Positions 24,901 through 38,901 of a DNA stretch of 64,000 nucleotides are shown here, piece after piece (the stretch's first letter is position 1; the number at the start of each line of letters is the position of its first letter). The notes below the pieces were generated by a model, which worked only from the letters and a program-made list of their open reading frames with translations, had not been told where the DNA came from and made no database searches. A program made the translations under genes and the position numbers. Location of the stretch: the NCBI GenBank assembly GCA_964016885.1, contig OZ024741.1:159464001-159528000 (forward strand). The letters are read 5' to 3'. Source of the DNA: Eledone cirrhosa. Taxonomy: Eukaryota.

Positions 24901-27900
24901 ACACATTACATAGTTGCACCAACACATTACACATAGCTGTACCAACACATTACCTAACTGCACCAACACATTACCTAACTGCACCAACACATTACATAAC
25001 TGCACCAACACATTACATAGTTGCACCAACACATTACATAGTTGCACCAACACATTACATAGTTGCACCAACACATTACATAGCTGCACCAACACATTAC
25101 ATAGCTGTACCAACACATTACATAGCTGTACCAACACATTACACATCTGTACCAACACATTACACATCTGTACCAACACATTACATATATGTCCCAACAC
25201 ATTACATAGCTGCACCAACACATTACATATATGTACCAACACATTACATATATGTACCAACACATTACATAGCTGTACCAACACATTACATATCTGCACC
25301 AACACATTACATAGCCGTACCAACACATTACATAGCTGTACCAACACATTACATATCTGCACCAACACATTACATATATGTACCAACACATTACATAGCT
25401 GTACCAACACATTACATAGCTGTACCAACACATTACATAGCTGTACCAACACATTACATAGCTGTACCAACACATTACACATCTGTACCAACACATTACA
25501 CATCTGTACCAACACATTACACATCTGTACCAACACATTACACATCTGTACCAACACATTATACATCTGTACCAACACATTATACATCTGTACCAACACA
25601 TTACACATCTGTACCAACACATTACACATCTGTACCAACACATTACACATCTGTACCAACACATTACATATATGTACCAACACATTACATAGCTGTCCCA
25701 ACACATTACATAGCTGTACCAACACATTACATAGCTGTACCAACACATTACATAGCTGTACCAACACATTACATAGCTGTACCAACACATTACATAGCTG
25801 TACCAACACATTACATAACTGCACCAACACATTACATAGTTGCACCAACACATTACATAGTTGCACCAACACATTACATAGTTGCACCAACACATTACAT
25901 AGTTGCACCAACACATTACATAGTTGCACCAACACATTACATAGTTGCACCAACACATTACATATCTGCACCAACACATTACATAGTTGCACCAACACAT
26001 TACATAGTTGCACCAACACATTACATAGTTGCACCAACACATTACATAGTTGCACCAACACATTACATAGTTGCACCAACACATTACATAGTTGCACCAA
26101 CACATTACATAACTGCACCAACACATTACATAACTGCACCAACACATTACATAACTGCGCCAACACATTACATAACTGCACCACCACCACATTGCATAAC
26201 TGCACCACCACATTACATAACTGCACCAACCCATTACATAACTGCACCAACCCATTACATAACTGTACCAACACATTACATAGTTGCACCAACACATTAC
26301 ACATAGCTGTACCAACACATTACCTAACTGCACCAACACATTACCTAACTGCACCAACACATTACATAACTGCACCAACACATTACATAGTTGCACCAAC
26401 ACATTACATAGTTGCACCAACACATTACATAGTTGCACCAACACATTACATAGTTGCACCAACACATTACACATTTCTACCAACACATTACATATCTGCA
26501 CCAACACATTACATATCTGCACCAACACATTACATAGCTGTACCAACACATTACATATCTGCACCAACACATTACATATCTGTACCAACACATTACATAG
26601 CTGTACCAACACATTACATAGCTGTACCAACACATTACATAGCCGTACCAACACATTACATAACTGTACCAACACATTACATAGCTGTACCAACACATTA
26701 CATAGCCGTACCAACACATTACATAGCCGTACCAACACATTACATAGCGGTACCAACACATTACATAGCGGTACCAACACATTACATATCTGCACCAACA
26801 CATTACATATCTGTACCAACACATTACATAACTGCACCAACACATTACATAACTGCACCAACACATTACATAGCTGTACCAACACATTACATAGCTGTAT
26901 CAACACATTACATAGCTGTACCAACACATTACATAGCTGTACCAACACATTACATAACTGTACCAACACATTACATAACTGCACCAACACATTACATAGT
27001 TGCACCAACACATTACATAGTTGCACCAACACATTACATAGTTGCACCAACACATTACATAGTTGCACCAACACATTACATAGTTGCACCAACACATTAC
27101 ACAACTGCACCAATACATTACACAATTCTACCAACATATTACATAGCTGTACCAACACATTACATAGTTGCACCAACACATTACATAGTTGCACCAACAC
27201 ATTACATAGTTGCACCAACACATTACATATCTGCACCAACACATTACATAGTTGCACCAACACATTACACAACTGCACCAACACATTACACATTTCTACC
27301 AGCACATTACATATCTGCACCAACACATTACATAGCTGCACCAACACATTACATAGCTGTACCAACACATTACATAGCTGCACCAACACATTACATAGCT
27401 GTACCAACACATTACATAGCTGTACCAACACATTACCTAACTGCACCAACACATTACATAGCTGTACCAACACATTACATAGCTGCACCAACACATTACA
27501 TAGCTGTACCAACACATTACATAGCTGTACCAACACATTACCTAACTGCACCAACACATTACATAGCTGTACCAACACATTACATAGCTGTACCAACACA
27601 TTACATATCTGCACCAACACATTACATAACTGTACCAACACATTACATATCTGCACCAACACATTACATATCTGTACCAACACATTACATAACTGTACCA
27701 ACACATTACATATATGTACCAACGCATTACATAGCCGTACCAACACATTACATAGCTGTACCAACACATTACATATCTGTACCAACACATTACATAACTG
27801 TACCAACACATTACATATATGTACCAACGCATTACATAGCCGTACCAACACATTACATAGCCGCACCAACACATTACATAGCTGCACCAACACATTACAT

Positions 27901-30776
27901 AGCTGCACCAACACATTACATAGCTGTACCAACACATTACATAGCTGTACCAACACATTACCTAACTGCACCAACACATTACATAGCTGTACCAACACAT
28001 TACCTAACTGCACCAACACATTACATAGCTGTACCAACACATTACATAGCTGTATCAACACATTACATAGCTGTACCAACACATTACATAACTGCACCAA
28101 CACATTACCTAACTGCACCAACACATTACCTAACTGCACCAACACATTACATAACTGCACCAACACATTACATAGTTGCACCAACACATTACATAGTTGC
28201 ACCAACACATTACATATTTGCACCAACACATTACATAGTTGCACCAACACATTACACAACTGCACCAACACATTACACAATTCTACCAACATATTACATA
28301 GCTGTACCAACACATTACATAGTTGCACCAACACATTACACATTTCTACCAACACATTACATATCTGCACCAACACATTACATAGCTGTACCAACACATT
28401 ACATAGCTGTACCAACACATTACATAGCTGTACCAACACATTACATAGCTGTACCAACACATTACATAGCTGTACCAACACATTACACATCTCTACCAAC
28501 ACATTACATAGCTGTATCAACACATTACATAGTTGCACCAACACATTACATAGTTGCACCAACACATTACATAGTTGCACCAACACATTACATAGTTGCA
28601 CCAACACATTACATAGTTGCACCAACACATTACATAGTTGCACCAACACATTACATAGTTGCACCAACACATTACATAGTTGCACCAACACATTACATAG
28701 TTGCACCAACACATTACATAACTGCACCAACACATTACATAACTGCGCCAACACATTACATAACTGCACCACCACCACATTGCATAACTGCACCACCACA
28801 TTACATAACTGCACCAACCCATTACATAACTGCACCAACACATTACATAACTGCACCAACACATTACATAGTTGCACCAACACATTACACATAGCTGTAC
28901 CAACACATTACCTAACTGCACCAACACATTACCTAACTGCACCAACACATTACATAACTGCACCAACACATTACATAGTTGCACCAACACATTACATAGC
29001 TGTACCAACACATTACACATTTCTACCAACACATTACATATCTGCACCAACACATTACATATCTGCACCAACACATTACATAGCTGTACCAACACATTAC
29101 ATATCTGCACCAACACATTACATATCTGTACCAACACATTACATAGCTGTACCAACACATTACATAGCTGTACCAACACATTACATAGCCGTACCAACAC
29201 ATTACATAGCCGTACCAACACATTACATAGCCGTACCAACACATTACATAGCCGTACCAACACATTACATAGCGGTACCAACACATTACATAGCTGTACC
29301 AACACATTACATAGCTGTACCAACACATTACATAGCTGTACCAACACATTACATAGCTGTACCAACACATTACATAGCTGTACCAACACATTACATAGCT
29401 GTACCAACACATTACACATCTGTACCAACACATTACACATCTGTACCAACACATTACACATCTGTACCAACACATTACATATATGTACCAACGCATTACA
29501 TAGCCGTACCAACACATTACATAGCTGTACCAACACATTACATAGCTGTACCAACACATTACATATCTGTACCAACACATTACATAGCTGTACCAACACA
29601 TTACATAGCTGTACCAACACATTACATAGCTGTACCAACACATTACATAGCTGTACCAACACATTACATAGCTGTACCAACACATTACATAGCTGTACCA
29701 ACACATTACACATCTGTACCAACACATTACACATCTGTACCAACACATTACACATCTGTACCAACACATTACATAGCTGTACCAACACATTACATAGCTG
29801 TACCAACACATTACATAGATGTACCAACACATTACATAGCTGTACCAACACATTACATAGCTGTACCAACACATTACACATCTGTACCAACACATTACAC
29901 ATCTGTACCAACACATTACACATCTGTACCAACACATTACATAGCTGTACCAACACATTACATAGCTGTACCAACACATTACATAGCTGTACCAACACAT
30001 TACATAGCTGTACCAACACATTACATAGCTGTACCAACACATTACATAGCTGTACCAACACATTACATAGCTGTACCAACACATTACATAGCTGTACCAA
30101 CACATTACATATATGTACCAACGCATTACATAGCCGTACCAACACATTACATAGCTGTACCAACACATTACATAGCTGTACCAACACATTACATATCTGT
30201 ACCAACACATTACATAGCTGTACCAACACATTACATAGCTGTACCAACACATTACATAGCTGTACCAACACATTACATAGCTGTACCAACACATTACATA
30301 GCTGTCCCAACACATTACATAGCTGCACCAACACATTACATAGCTGTACCAACACATTACATAGCTGTACCAACACATTACATAGCTGTACCAACACATT
30401 ACACATCTGTACCAACACATTACACATCTGTACCAACACATTACATATCTGTACCAACACATTACATAGCTGTACCAACACATTACATAGCTGTACCAAC
30501 ACATTACATAGCTGCACCAACACATTACATAGCAGTACCAACACATTACATAGCTGTACCAACACATTACATAGCCGTACCAACACATTACATAGCCGTA
30601 CCAACACATTACATAGCCGTACCAACACATTACATAGCCGTACCAACACATTACATAGCCGTACCAACACATTACATAGCCGTACCAACACATTACATAG
30701 CCGTACCAACACATTACATAGCCGTACCAACACATTACATAGCCGTACCAACACATTACATACCTAACTGTACCAA
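21978..30776. repeat. 21-bp minisatellite, ~8.8 kb, ~420 units, intronic in TRMT1L
   Basis: Consensus ACACATTACATAGCTGTACCA with variant units and larger block duplications. Confidence 0.98.
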
Positions 30777-30940
30777 TGCAATATTCTTGCTTGCACACCA
30801 CATATAATTGTTCTTTTATCTATAATCTTTGTTGGTCACAAGGTAGTTTCATCATCATTGTTTAACGTCTATCTTCCACGCTAGCATGGTTTAGGCCTAT
30901 TTATTTATTTATGTATTTATTGTATTGTTTTTCTTTGTAG

Positions 30941-31019
30941 AAAATCTCTACAGTCTTCTTCCCTGTGAATGTCAATCAGAAACTCCTGGTAAAACAGCTG
31001 TGAAACTCGGTCCCATGTG
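30941..31019 (+). CDS. TRMT1L: TRMT1L exon: ENLYSLLPCECQSETPGKTAVKLGPMW
   Basis: TAG acceptor, GTACGT donor; resembles ENPYRQLPCNC...PGKTAIELGPLW. Confidence 0.92.
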
Positions 31020-31069
31020 GTACGTATATCATCATCGTTTCAATATCACCATTTAACATCTATTTTATG

Positions 31070-31540
31070 GCAATGGATTGGGAGAGTCATTAGAACATTA
31101 GACAAATGCATAACAGTATTTCTTCTTCCTCTTCATATTTTGAGTTCAAATCCAGCCAAGGTCAATTTTGCCTTTCATTTTTCCTAAGGTTAGTGAAATA
31201 AAGTATCAGTCAATTACTGGGGTCGATAAAATCAATTTTACCTCCCCACACTCAATTTCTGACCTTGTGATTATGTAAGAAACCTTTATTAATGTTAGAA
31301 AGAATTATTATGTATATGAAGGTATGTTGGCAGAACTAATAGAGTACTGTACAAAATACTTTATAGTATTTGATTACAGCTCTTTACCTTCTGAGTTTAA
31401 ATCCTGTCATGTTCAACTTTGCCTTCATCCTTCTGAAGTTGATAAAATAAAGTACCAGTCAAGTAGTGGGGTCAGTATAATTGGCTTACCCTTCCCCTCT
31501 TGAAATTACTGGCTGTGTGTCGAAATTAGAAATCATTATT
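31070..31540 (+). mobile_element. Two old tRNA-derived SINE copies in tandem
   Basis: B-box GAGTTCAAATCC-like, TTTGCCTTTCAT, AAGTACCAGT and TTAGAAA tail motifs, each twice. Confidence 0.75.
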
Positions 31541-31633
31541 TTGATTATATTTATTACTACATCCTCCTTCTTCTTCTCTTCTTCCTCCTCCTCTACTGTT
31601 ATCTAATATGTTTTAATATTTTTCTTCTAACAG

Positions 31634-32428
31634 GTGTGATAATATATTCAATACAAAGTTTATAGAGCAAATGATAACAATTGCTGGTGAAATGAAACTC
31701 AGTGAACACTCAACTTTGGCTCAACTTTGTTCAATCCTAAATGAATCTGTTTGTAGTTCAAGCCCTGTAGACTCTAGTTCACCATCCAAGTACTACCAGT
31801 CTTCATATACCTCTTCTTCCTCATCATCACCATCACGTTCAGTGTCTTTCCCATCACTGTCAGCTCAGCAGCACAATGAGAGGTCAGCCCTGAAGAGTTT
31901 GAAACACAAATCTTCATCAGCTTCTTCAGCCTCTTCACTTTCCTCTTCTTCAGTATGTACCCCACTTTCCATGACTGTGTCAGGCAACCCAGCCAGCAAT
32001 GACATCAACACCAATGGCAACAACAACGGTACTACTACCACCACTACTACCACTACCACTACTAGTACTACCACCACCACTACTGCTGCTGCTACTTTAG
32101 TTGATGTGGGTCCTGTAATATCTAAGAATTCAACAATGGGAAATGGTGGTGGTGATGGTGATGTTGTTGATGTTAATACCAATGAAATGACAACCAACAT
32201 GAAGGGTGCTGTGTCTGTAACCATTGTGTCGACATCTTCTGACCCACAAGGCAACTTAAAAATGGACTTCACTGTTGACAAGAGTTTGAGAAACTGTCGC
32301 AGCCTCAGCAATGAACCTCCCATAAAGAGAATATGTTTACCTGATCCCGACCCAAACCCTGGACTTGCGATGCCTCCATTCTTCTATAATATTCACAAAC
32401 GCAAATTCAAAGGTGTTTTCCTACCCAA
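31634..32428 (+). CDS. TRMT1L: TRMT1L large exon with Ser/Thr-rich low-complexity insert, ending PPFFYNIHKRKFKGVFLPK
   Basis: CAG/GTAAG boundaries, open frame (ORF 31671-32432); ends resemble LFNTGF and [20 protein letters not shown]. Confidence 0.92.
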
Positions 32429-32486
32429 GTAAGTTAACCCTCATTTAAATTTATTAAGTATCATCATCATCGTCATCATTATCATC

Positions 32487-32699
32487 ATTATTTTACCTCG
32501 GGTGTGGATTGGCAGTATCGGTAGAGAGTCGGACGCCATGCTTTCCAGCATAGTTACGTCCTCCCTTTACAGTCTGAGTTCAAATCCCGCCGAGGTTAAC
32601 TTTGCCTTTCATCCTTACGGGGTCGATAAAATAAAGTACCAGTAATGTACTGGGTAATTGATGGCCTTGTGCCAAAAATAGAAACAATTATTTTACCTC
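32487..32699 (+). mobile_element. Full-length tRNA-derived SINE with 13-bp TSD, inserted in an RTE tail remnant
   Basis: A box TGGCAGTATCGG, B box GAGTTCAAATCC; TSD ATTATTTTACCTC at 32487-32499 and 32687-32699. Resembles octopus OK/OR-type SINEs from memory. Confidence 0.88.
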
Positions 32700-33436
32700 T
32701 ATTTTTCCATGTTTAAATGGGTTAGACAGGCTGTTATGTCATGTCCTGAGGCTAGACTGGTCAGTTGACTATGTCTCGCTCATATGTTCCATTTTTGCTT
32801 GGTTTTCAATGACTGGATGCCCTTCTTAATGCCAACCACTTTATGGCATGTACCCGGTGCTTTTTATCATGATATTGCTACTACCACCTGACAGGGTAGC
32901 AACATCATGTGACATCCAAGATCATTAAAAGCCATCAACATTTTAGCAACAAAAATCTCATAATTATCTGCTTTTTTGTTATCAAGAAAGGTTTTTTTAC
33001 CATCTGAAATAACAGCCACGCTGTGTTCTCCTTGTCATTCATCTTTCTGACAAATTCCTTGTCATTTACAAGGGCATGAATCTGAGGCCCATCAAATATG
33101 CCTACATTGATTTTCTAGAAATACAAAGCAGGAAACACAGAAACTGTGCTGAAAACATTCACTGTTAGAACTCAATGCCTTGACAAACTGCTTCATCAAG
33201 CCAAGCTTAAGATGGAGTGGGTGGGGAATGATTTTCTCTGGGCTGACAATCAGGTCATTCACAATGCTTGGCTTGCTTACTTTCAGAGTTTCACGGTTGG
33301 GCTATTCCTTCTGGGTCCAGTGTTTGTCTTGAGCTCAACTATCCAACATGCAGAGATAGCTTGGAAACTTAGTGAAACCTTTCTGTTGCTTGAGGAGAAA
33401 AGTTGACCATTTTTGGGTTCACACAAATGATCCAGT

Positions 33437-33541
33437 TGTCATCATCATCATCATCGTTTAACGTCTATCTTCCACACTAGCATTGGTTTAGACAGGAATT
33501 ATCCCACTTGAGGCAAGATTGGTCGTTTTGCTCGTCATCAT
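33437..33541 (-). mobile_element. Very short RTE 3'-end insertion
   Basis: (CAT)n-CGTTTAACGTC...CCCACTTGAGGCAAGA matches 6300-6380; GTCATCAT on both sides. Confidence 0.75.
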
Positions 33542-35329
33542 GGGTTTCTCGCAATTGTACCGAGTGACCAACTGGGACTGTGCCCAAAACATTGCCTTTA
33601 TGCAAGAAAATACACTTGAGGCTGTGCTTAGAACTATTCAAAAACAATCTCTATTCTGTAAGGGTTATACTGGGCAACGCCTAACTGTGCCTGGAATATT
33701 GTGGTAGTAAACAAATTGCTTTTCTTCTGAAAATAAGTTCACAAAAATCTGCTCCCACATTATGAAATATGAAACTTTTATAGAGCTTTCATGAAGATAC
33801 ATTTAATTTAACCTTGAGGCTATTAGCTCTGCTTCTTTCTTAAAGAGTGTCAATTCACATCATTCAGTTCCACCTGACTAAAATGATGAGGGTTTGATGA
33901 CTGTTTGGCATTAGATGAGGAGTCTTTGGAATCTGAGACCCATTTTTTTCAAACTCCTGATCAGATTTCCAGCTTTCATTTTCAAAGGAGGCATAACTAT
34001 TAAGAATTGGAAGTGGGAGTTCTTAAGAATGTGGAATAGGTTGAATTGCAGAGGGAATACTTGGATAGATCTTATGCTGGTTATTCTTGCCAACTCCTTT
34101 AGTGTTAACCAGGCAAAAATAGCAGTCACTTATGTAGTCCTTTGGCTTGTGCCAAACCATAAGAACTTCAAAAGGTAGACTTTTTCGTTTTCCTTTTGTC
34201 CAGTCACAAAGACTTTTGTAGTGACGAGCGAGTTACTTCCCTTGTATCGGCACTATCTTAAATATAGGAGAGGCTATTGAGTGATAATGTTAGCTGATCT
34301 CTCTCTTCCATGCTGGCTACAATGGAAAGCGGACGTACAAATATTCTTCTCCGATTATGACGGCCCGACTTGGTGGTTGTACTCTATGGAATGCCTTCGT
34401 TTGGAACCAAAGACTTTGTGACGCCTCGTCTCCTGCATACACACATATCCTTTCGTTCAGTTCTGTCCATAAAATAATAATTAAGCCATTTCTGTTAATC
34501 CGCAAGGTATGTAGGGATTGAATTAACTTTTGTATAGAGTTTATTAAATGTATCATTTAATAAAGGATTGTTTATTTCGACTGTTAAAGCCCTTCTGAAG
34601 TTATTATTTTACATAAGTAAGACGATGTGTTGTCTGTTCATTGACAATATATCATTTTCACTTTACTTTCTTTGTAACTATGACACACTATATGTTGAGA
34701 CCACTTCTTGTCTTGATCACCAAGGTGAACATAACAGGCCTTTTAGACATGTCTCACAAATTTTGTTATATTAAGCCTTTGACGAACAAGTGTGGAGCAG
34801 CCACATATGTAACAAAATGCATCGAGATCATTTATACATTTATGTCTACTTGAAGATGACATTATTAAATCTGAAACCAAAAAAAGACATATCAATTCCC
34901 TACAAATATACCAATTTCAGAAAAATCATAAATTTTAAATTACCTAAAAACTAAAGCATGCAGACAAAAACCAATTTGAAATCAGCGTTGAAAACCCAAT
35001 TAGAATCAGTTGAAAAATACCAGCAAATGAGAAAAAAAAAATTGTTTTCTACTGGTATCAAATACTTTACAGAGTTTATTGGATGCATTTTATCATGGCA
35101 CCAACACTAGAAAAGTCGTCTTGTCTCTAGCAAGACTAATGAGTCCTCGCTATTCTATATTATCTTCATTCTTTCAAGGTATTGATATATTAATGTTGTG
35201 GTTAAGAATGTATTATTGTGTATCATATATTTTATAAAAAACATAACACTGCTACTATAAATTAGAAATGTTATGATTATATAACCTTTCTTCATCCTCT
35301 CATGATTCTGTATGTACGATATAAAACTT

Positions 35330-35611
35330 GGAGTATTTGTTTTGGTTTCTGAGTTGAAATATCTTGCCAATGTCAACTTTGCTTTCCATCTTTCTAGCCT
35401 TGATAAAATAAAATACCAGTTAAATACTGGTGTTGGTAACCCCCCCCCCCCCTGCCTTTTTGCTAGAAATGATAATTATTATTGTGGGTTGTGGTAGAGT
35501 TATGACCCTTTACGTTTTGAGTTCAAATCCTGCCACGGTTAGCTTTGCCTTTCATCTTTATGGGGTCGTTAAAATAAAGTACCAGTCATGTGTTGAGGTT
35601 GATTTAATTGA

Positions 35612-35642
<31 letters not shown>

Positions 35643-36300
35643 AAATTTGCTGGCCTTATGCCTATAGTAGAAATCATTATTGTGGATTGGCAGAAACAGT
35701 AAACACTTTGCAGTATTTATTTATGACATTCTGAGTTCAAATTCCATTGAGGTCAACTTTGCCTTTTATCTTCCTTGGGTCCATAAAATTAAGTACCAGA
35801 CAAATACTGGGGTTAATATAATCATGTAACCTCACTATCCTTGTGCCTATTGCTAGAAATTATTATTGGCGGTATTGGTAGAATGTCAGACAACCTGCTT
35901 TATGGATTACACCCCTTTATGATCTGAGTTCAAGTCCTGCCAAGGTTAGCTTTGCTTTTCACCCATTACGGGTTTGATAAAATAAAGTAACAGTAATGCA
36001 CTAGGGTCGATGTCATCGACTTTCCCCCCTCCTCCTAAATTGTTGGCCTTGTTCCTAAATCAGAAACCCTTATTATTATTAGAGTGGTGGATTGACAGTT
36101 TCATTAGAACATTGGCTAAATGTGTAGCAGTAATTGTTCTGGCTCTTTATGTTCTGTGTTCAGATCCATAGAGGTTACCTTTGCCTTTCATTCTTCTGAG
36201 TTCGATAAAATAAGGTACCTGTCAAGTACTGCAGTTGATTTAATCAACTTTGCCCTTCCCCAAATTTGCTGGTCATGTGCCAAGATTATAGAAATCTCAA
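35330..36300 (+). mobile_element. Head-to-tail cluster of about five decayed SINEs
   Basis: Repeated GAGTTCAAAT / TTTGCCTTTCAT / AAGTACCAG / TAGAAA-ATTATT modules, all on +. Confidence 0.8.
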
Positions 36301-36378
36301 AAAATTAAAAACCATTATTGTTGTTTTGTTTGTTATTTTTTAATTAATTCTTTCTCCTCTTTCTTTATTTCCTCAAAG

Positions 36379-36520
36379 GTTGTCAAAGATGGTTCATCTG
36401 CTTCAAAGTGAGGGCTTCCGAGCTAGTCGCACCATATTCGACACATATGGAATTCGAACCAATGCCAGTCAGAAGGAAATCTACAGGACTTTGTTGAAGT
36501 ACTGTAAACAAGAGCTTTAA
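36379..36520 (+). CDS. TRMT1L: TRMT1L terminal coding exon: KLSKMVHLLQSEGFRASRTIFDTYGIRTNA...LLKYCKQEL*
   Basis: AAG acceptor after a pyrimidine tract, TAA stop; resembles GFRVSRTHFDPMGVRTDA...LLKY. Confidence 0.92.
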
Positions 36521-36900
36521 TAATATTAATAATAATAATGATGATGATGATGATGATTTTATTAGTCACAAGTGCTCACACATATAATACAATAAATTTT
36601 ATAAATATAGGAGTTACAATATATGTGGGGCTGGACAAATAAAAATCAGGGTAGGGGGAAGAACATTATATAATAGGTAGATTAAAATTTGATAAAACAT
36701 GAAATAAGTATAAAATTATTGTAAAGCACAATAATTAACACAGATAAAATATAAAACAAAAAACCTTTAGGGTTACCCACTCACAAGTGGGAACCTACTA
36801 GTTAATTTGAGTCAGAATACCCTACATTTTTGGTCAACCAGCATACATTATATACTTTCCTGGGGTCACCAAAATCATTCATAAACATTTCCTTAGGTGG
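36521..36900 (-). mobile_element. Probable decayed Tx1/L1 3' UTR remnant
   Basis: Minus strand CTTGTGACTAATAAAATC(ATC)n(ATT)n resembles the 3' ends of the two Tx1 elements. Distal boundary approximate. Confidence 0.55.
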
Positions 36901-37612
36901 GTTCATTAATAAAAGATCCCACATCTTCTGAACAAGGATACTACTACTACTACTACTAATGATGATGATGATGATGATGATGTCAATAATTGTAACTTTA
37001 ATGATAATAGTAATAATTTAAGACTTGTTAGTCCTTTATTGGTACTGTTTTTTGGAGTGGATTTGAAACTGATGAAAAAGACACTGGCAATGTGACTTGA
37101 GCTGATCCACTCAGTCACCCATACCTGTTTATCTTCCGTGGTATGTATAAGCTCTCACATTGCCAGAACATCACTACCCCCACCGCTTTCTCTTTCCCTA
37201 CTTCTTTCCATATTTTCTTTCTTATTCTCTTGCCACCTAACACCTACCAACCCTGGTACTTCTCTTCAGCAACAATGATGATGATGATATGATGGCAATG
37301 GTATGGACAACGATGAGGAGGATGACAATGTTGACAATGAAGCTGGAAAGTAATGGGTGCAGGTGTAGATAGAGGAGAAGAGAATTAATAACAGGTGAGT
37401 GTGTTGCCCCCCCCCCCCCCCCACTCTTTGCCCCTTTCAAATAAAATAAAAAAAAACTAATATAACATTAAAAAATAAAAAAACAACAACAGCAATATTA
37501 ATTACTTTTTATTAACCACAAAGGATTCACATGAAGAAAACGTTAAAGACAGCACAAGATGCTACAGTATGAGTTTTTTTCCTGTAAAATAATAGTAATA
37601 ATAAATAATAAT

Positions 37613-37677
37613 AAAAATAATTGTTTCTACTTTAGGCACAAGGCCAGCAATTACCCAGTGCATTACTGAAAAATAAT
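37613..37677 (-). mobile_element. 5'-truncated SINE with AAAAATAAT TSD
   Basis: Reverse complement of the SINE tail, flanked by AAAAATAAT on both sides. Confidence 0.8.
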
Positions 37678-37923
37678 GATAGTGATAGTGAAAAAATAAA
37701 TAGGTTGATGTGGTGTGGTGTGTTGTGGTTTCAAACTGTAAATGGTTGGGTAGTGTCTTTGTGGGTGTGAGTAATCTGTGTAGTGGGTGTGGTTAATCTG
37801 TGGTAGGTGTGGTGAATATGTGGTGGGTGTGTCAGCAGTTAAGCAGCAGTTTCTATATCTCTGCTGGAGCACAATCAAATAGTTTAACTTGGACAATCAT
37901 ATCATATTATATGTGTATGTATG

Positions 37924-37973
<50 letters not shown>

Positions 37974-38194
37974 ATGTCTGTGTCTGTATGTATTTATATG
38001 TCTGGTTATTTATGTATGTATATGCATGCGTGTGTGTGTATCTTGTCTCTGCATATATCTTTGTGTTTCTAATGTGTATATGTAATGCTTTCTTTTGCTA
38101 TTTTTGAGCATAGTAATCTGGTGTGACATCACTCTACTGCATTGTACTGTACTGCAGTGTGGTGTGACTGTACTGTTGTGTATTTTACTGTGTG

Positions 38195-38545
38195 AAGGTA
38201 TGTGGCTTAGTGATTAGAGTGTTCAGCTCACAATTGTAAGGTCATGAGTTTGATTACTGGGAGTGTATTGTGTCCTTGAGCAAGATGATTTATTCCACAT
38301 TGCTCCAGTCCACTCAACTGGCAAAAATAAGTTATAGATGTGATTCAAAAGGCCAGCCTTTTTACACACTGTCACACATTAAGAGTACATATGCTTGTGG
38401 AATGCTCAGTCATATACACTAAAATACAAGATGGGCTGTACCTTTAATTCAAAGAGCCAGCCTTCTTACATTCTGTATCATGCTGAATCTCCCTGAGAAC
38501 TGTTATAGGTACATGGGTGTGTGGAATGCTCAGCCACTTACATGT
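38195..38545 (+). mobile_element. tRNA-derived CORE-like SINE (decayed)
   Basis: TGGCTTAGTG A-box-like head, GTGTCCTTGAGCAAG CORE-like motif; 3' part shared with 19340-19440. Confidence 0.55.
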
Positions 38546-38676
38546 TAAACTGATGGGAGGTCCCACACTGTGCTGTGGTTTGACCTCAGTACTCTGCTGT
38601 GTTGTACTGTGAACATGTAGTTTAAAGATGACATTTAACTATTTTCTTGTATGCTTTTAAAAATAATAACTATTAA

Positions 38677-38901
38677 CCCTCTTGTTACCACATTTCTAAT
38701 GAAATACACTGCATACATGTTTCAATTAATTTTGAAAATTTCTAACATTTAATGAGATAACTAACCTTTTCATGTGAAACATGACTTAACAAAAAATTCT
38801 TAAATTATGATGAAAGGTTTTAATATAAGTATGAACATTTAAAAATAAACAGCTGTGTATGTTATAACTAAGGTGATTTCGGGTGGGTTGGTATCAAAAG
38901 G
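38677..38901. mobile_element. piggyBac-like MITE
   Basis: TTAA|CCCTCTTG...CAAAAGG|TTAA. Confidence 0.65.

Noticed and set aside
21876-30807. Very long ORFs on both strands (LVQLCNV, THYIAVP, CTNTLHS, YVMCW repeats)
   Set aside because: By-product of a 21-bp unit with stops in only one frame per strand; frames switch at indel units and the array lies in a TRMT1L intron.
32500-32590. tRNA gene
   Set aside because: A and B boxes belong to a SINE head followed by SINE body, tail and TSD; no convincing cloverleaf.
32900-34560. Possible transposase or extra exon remnants
   Set aside because: No motif I could recognise; would need a translated search.
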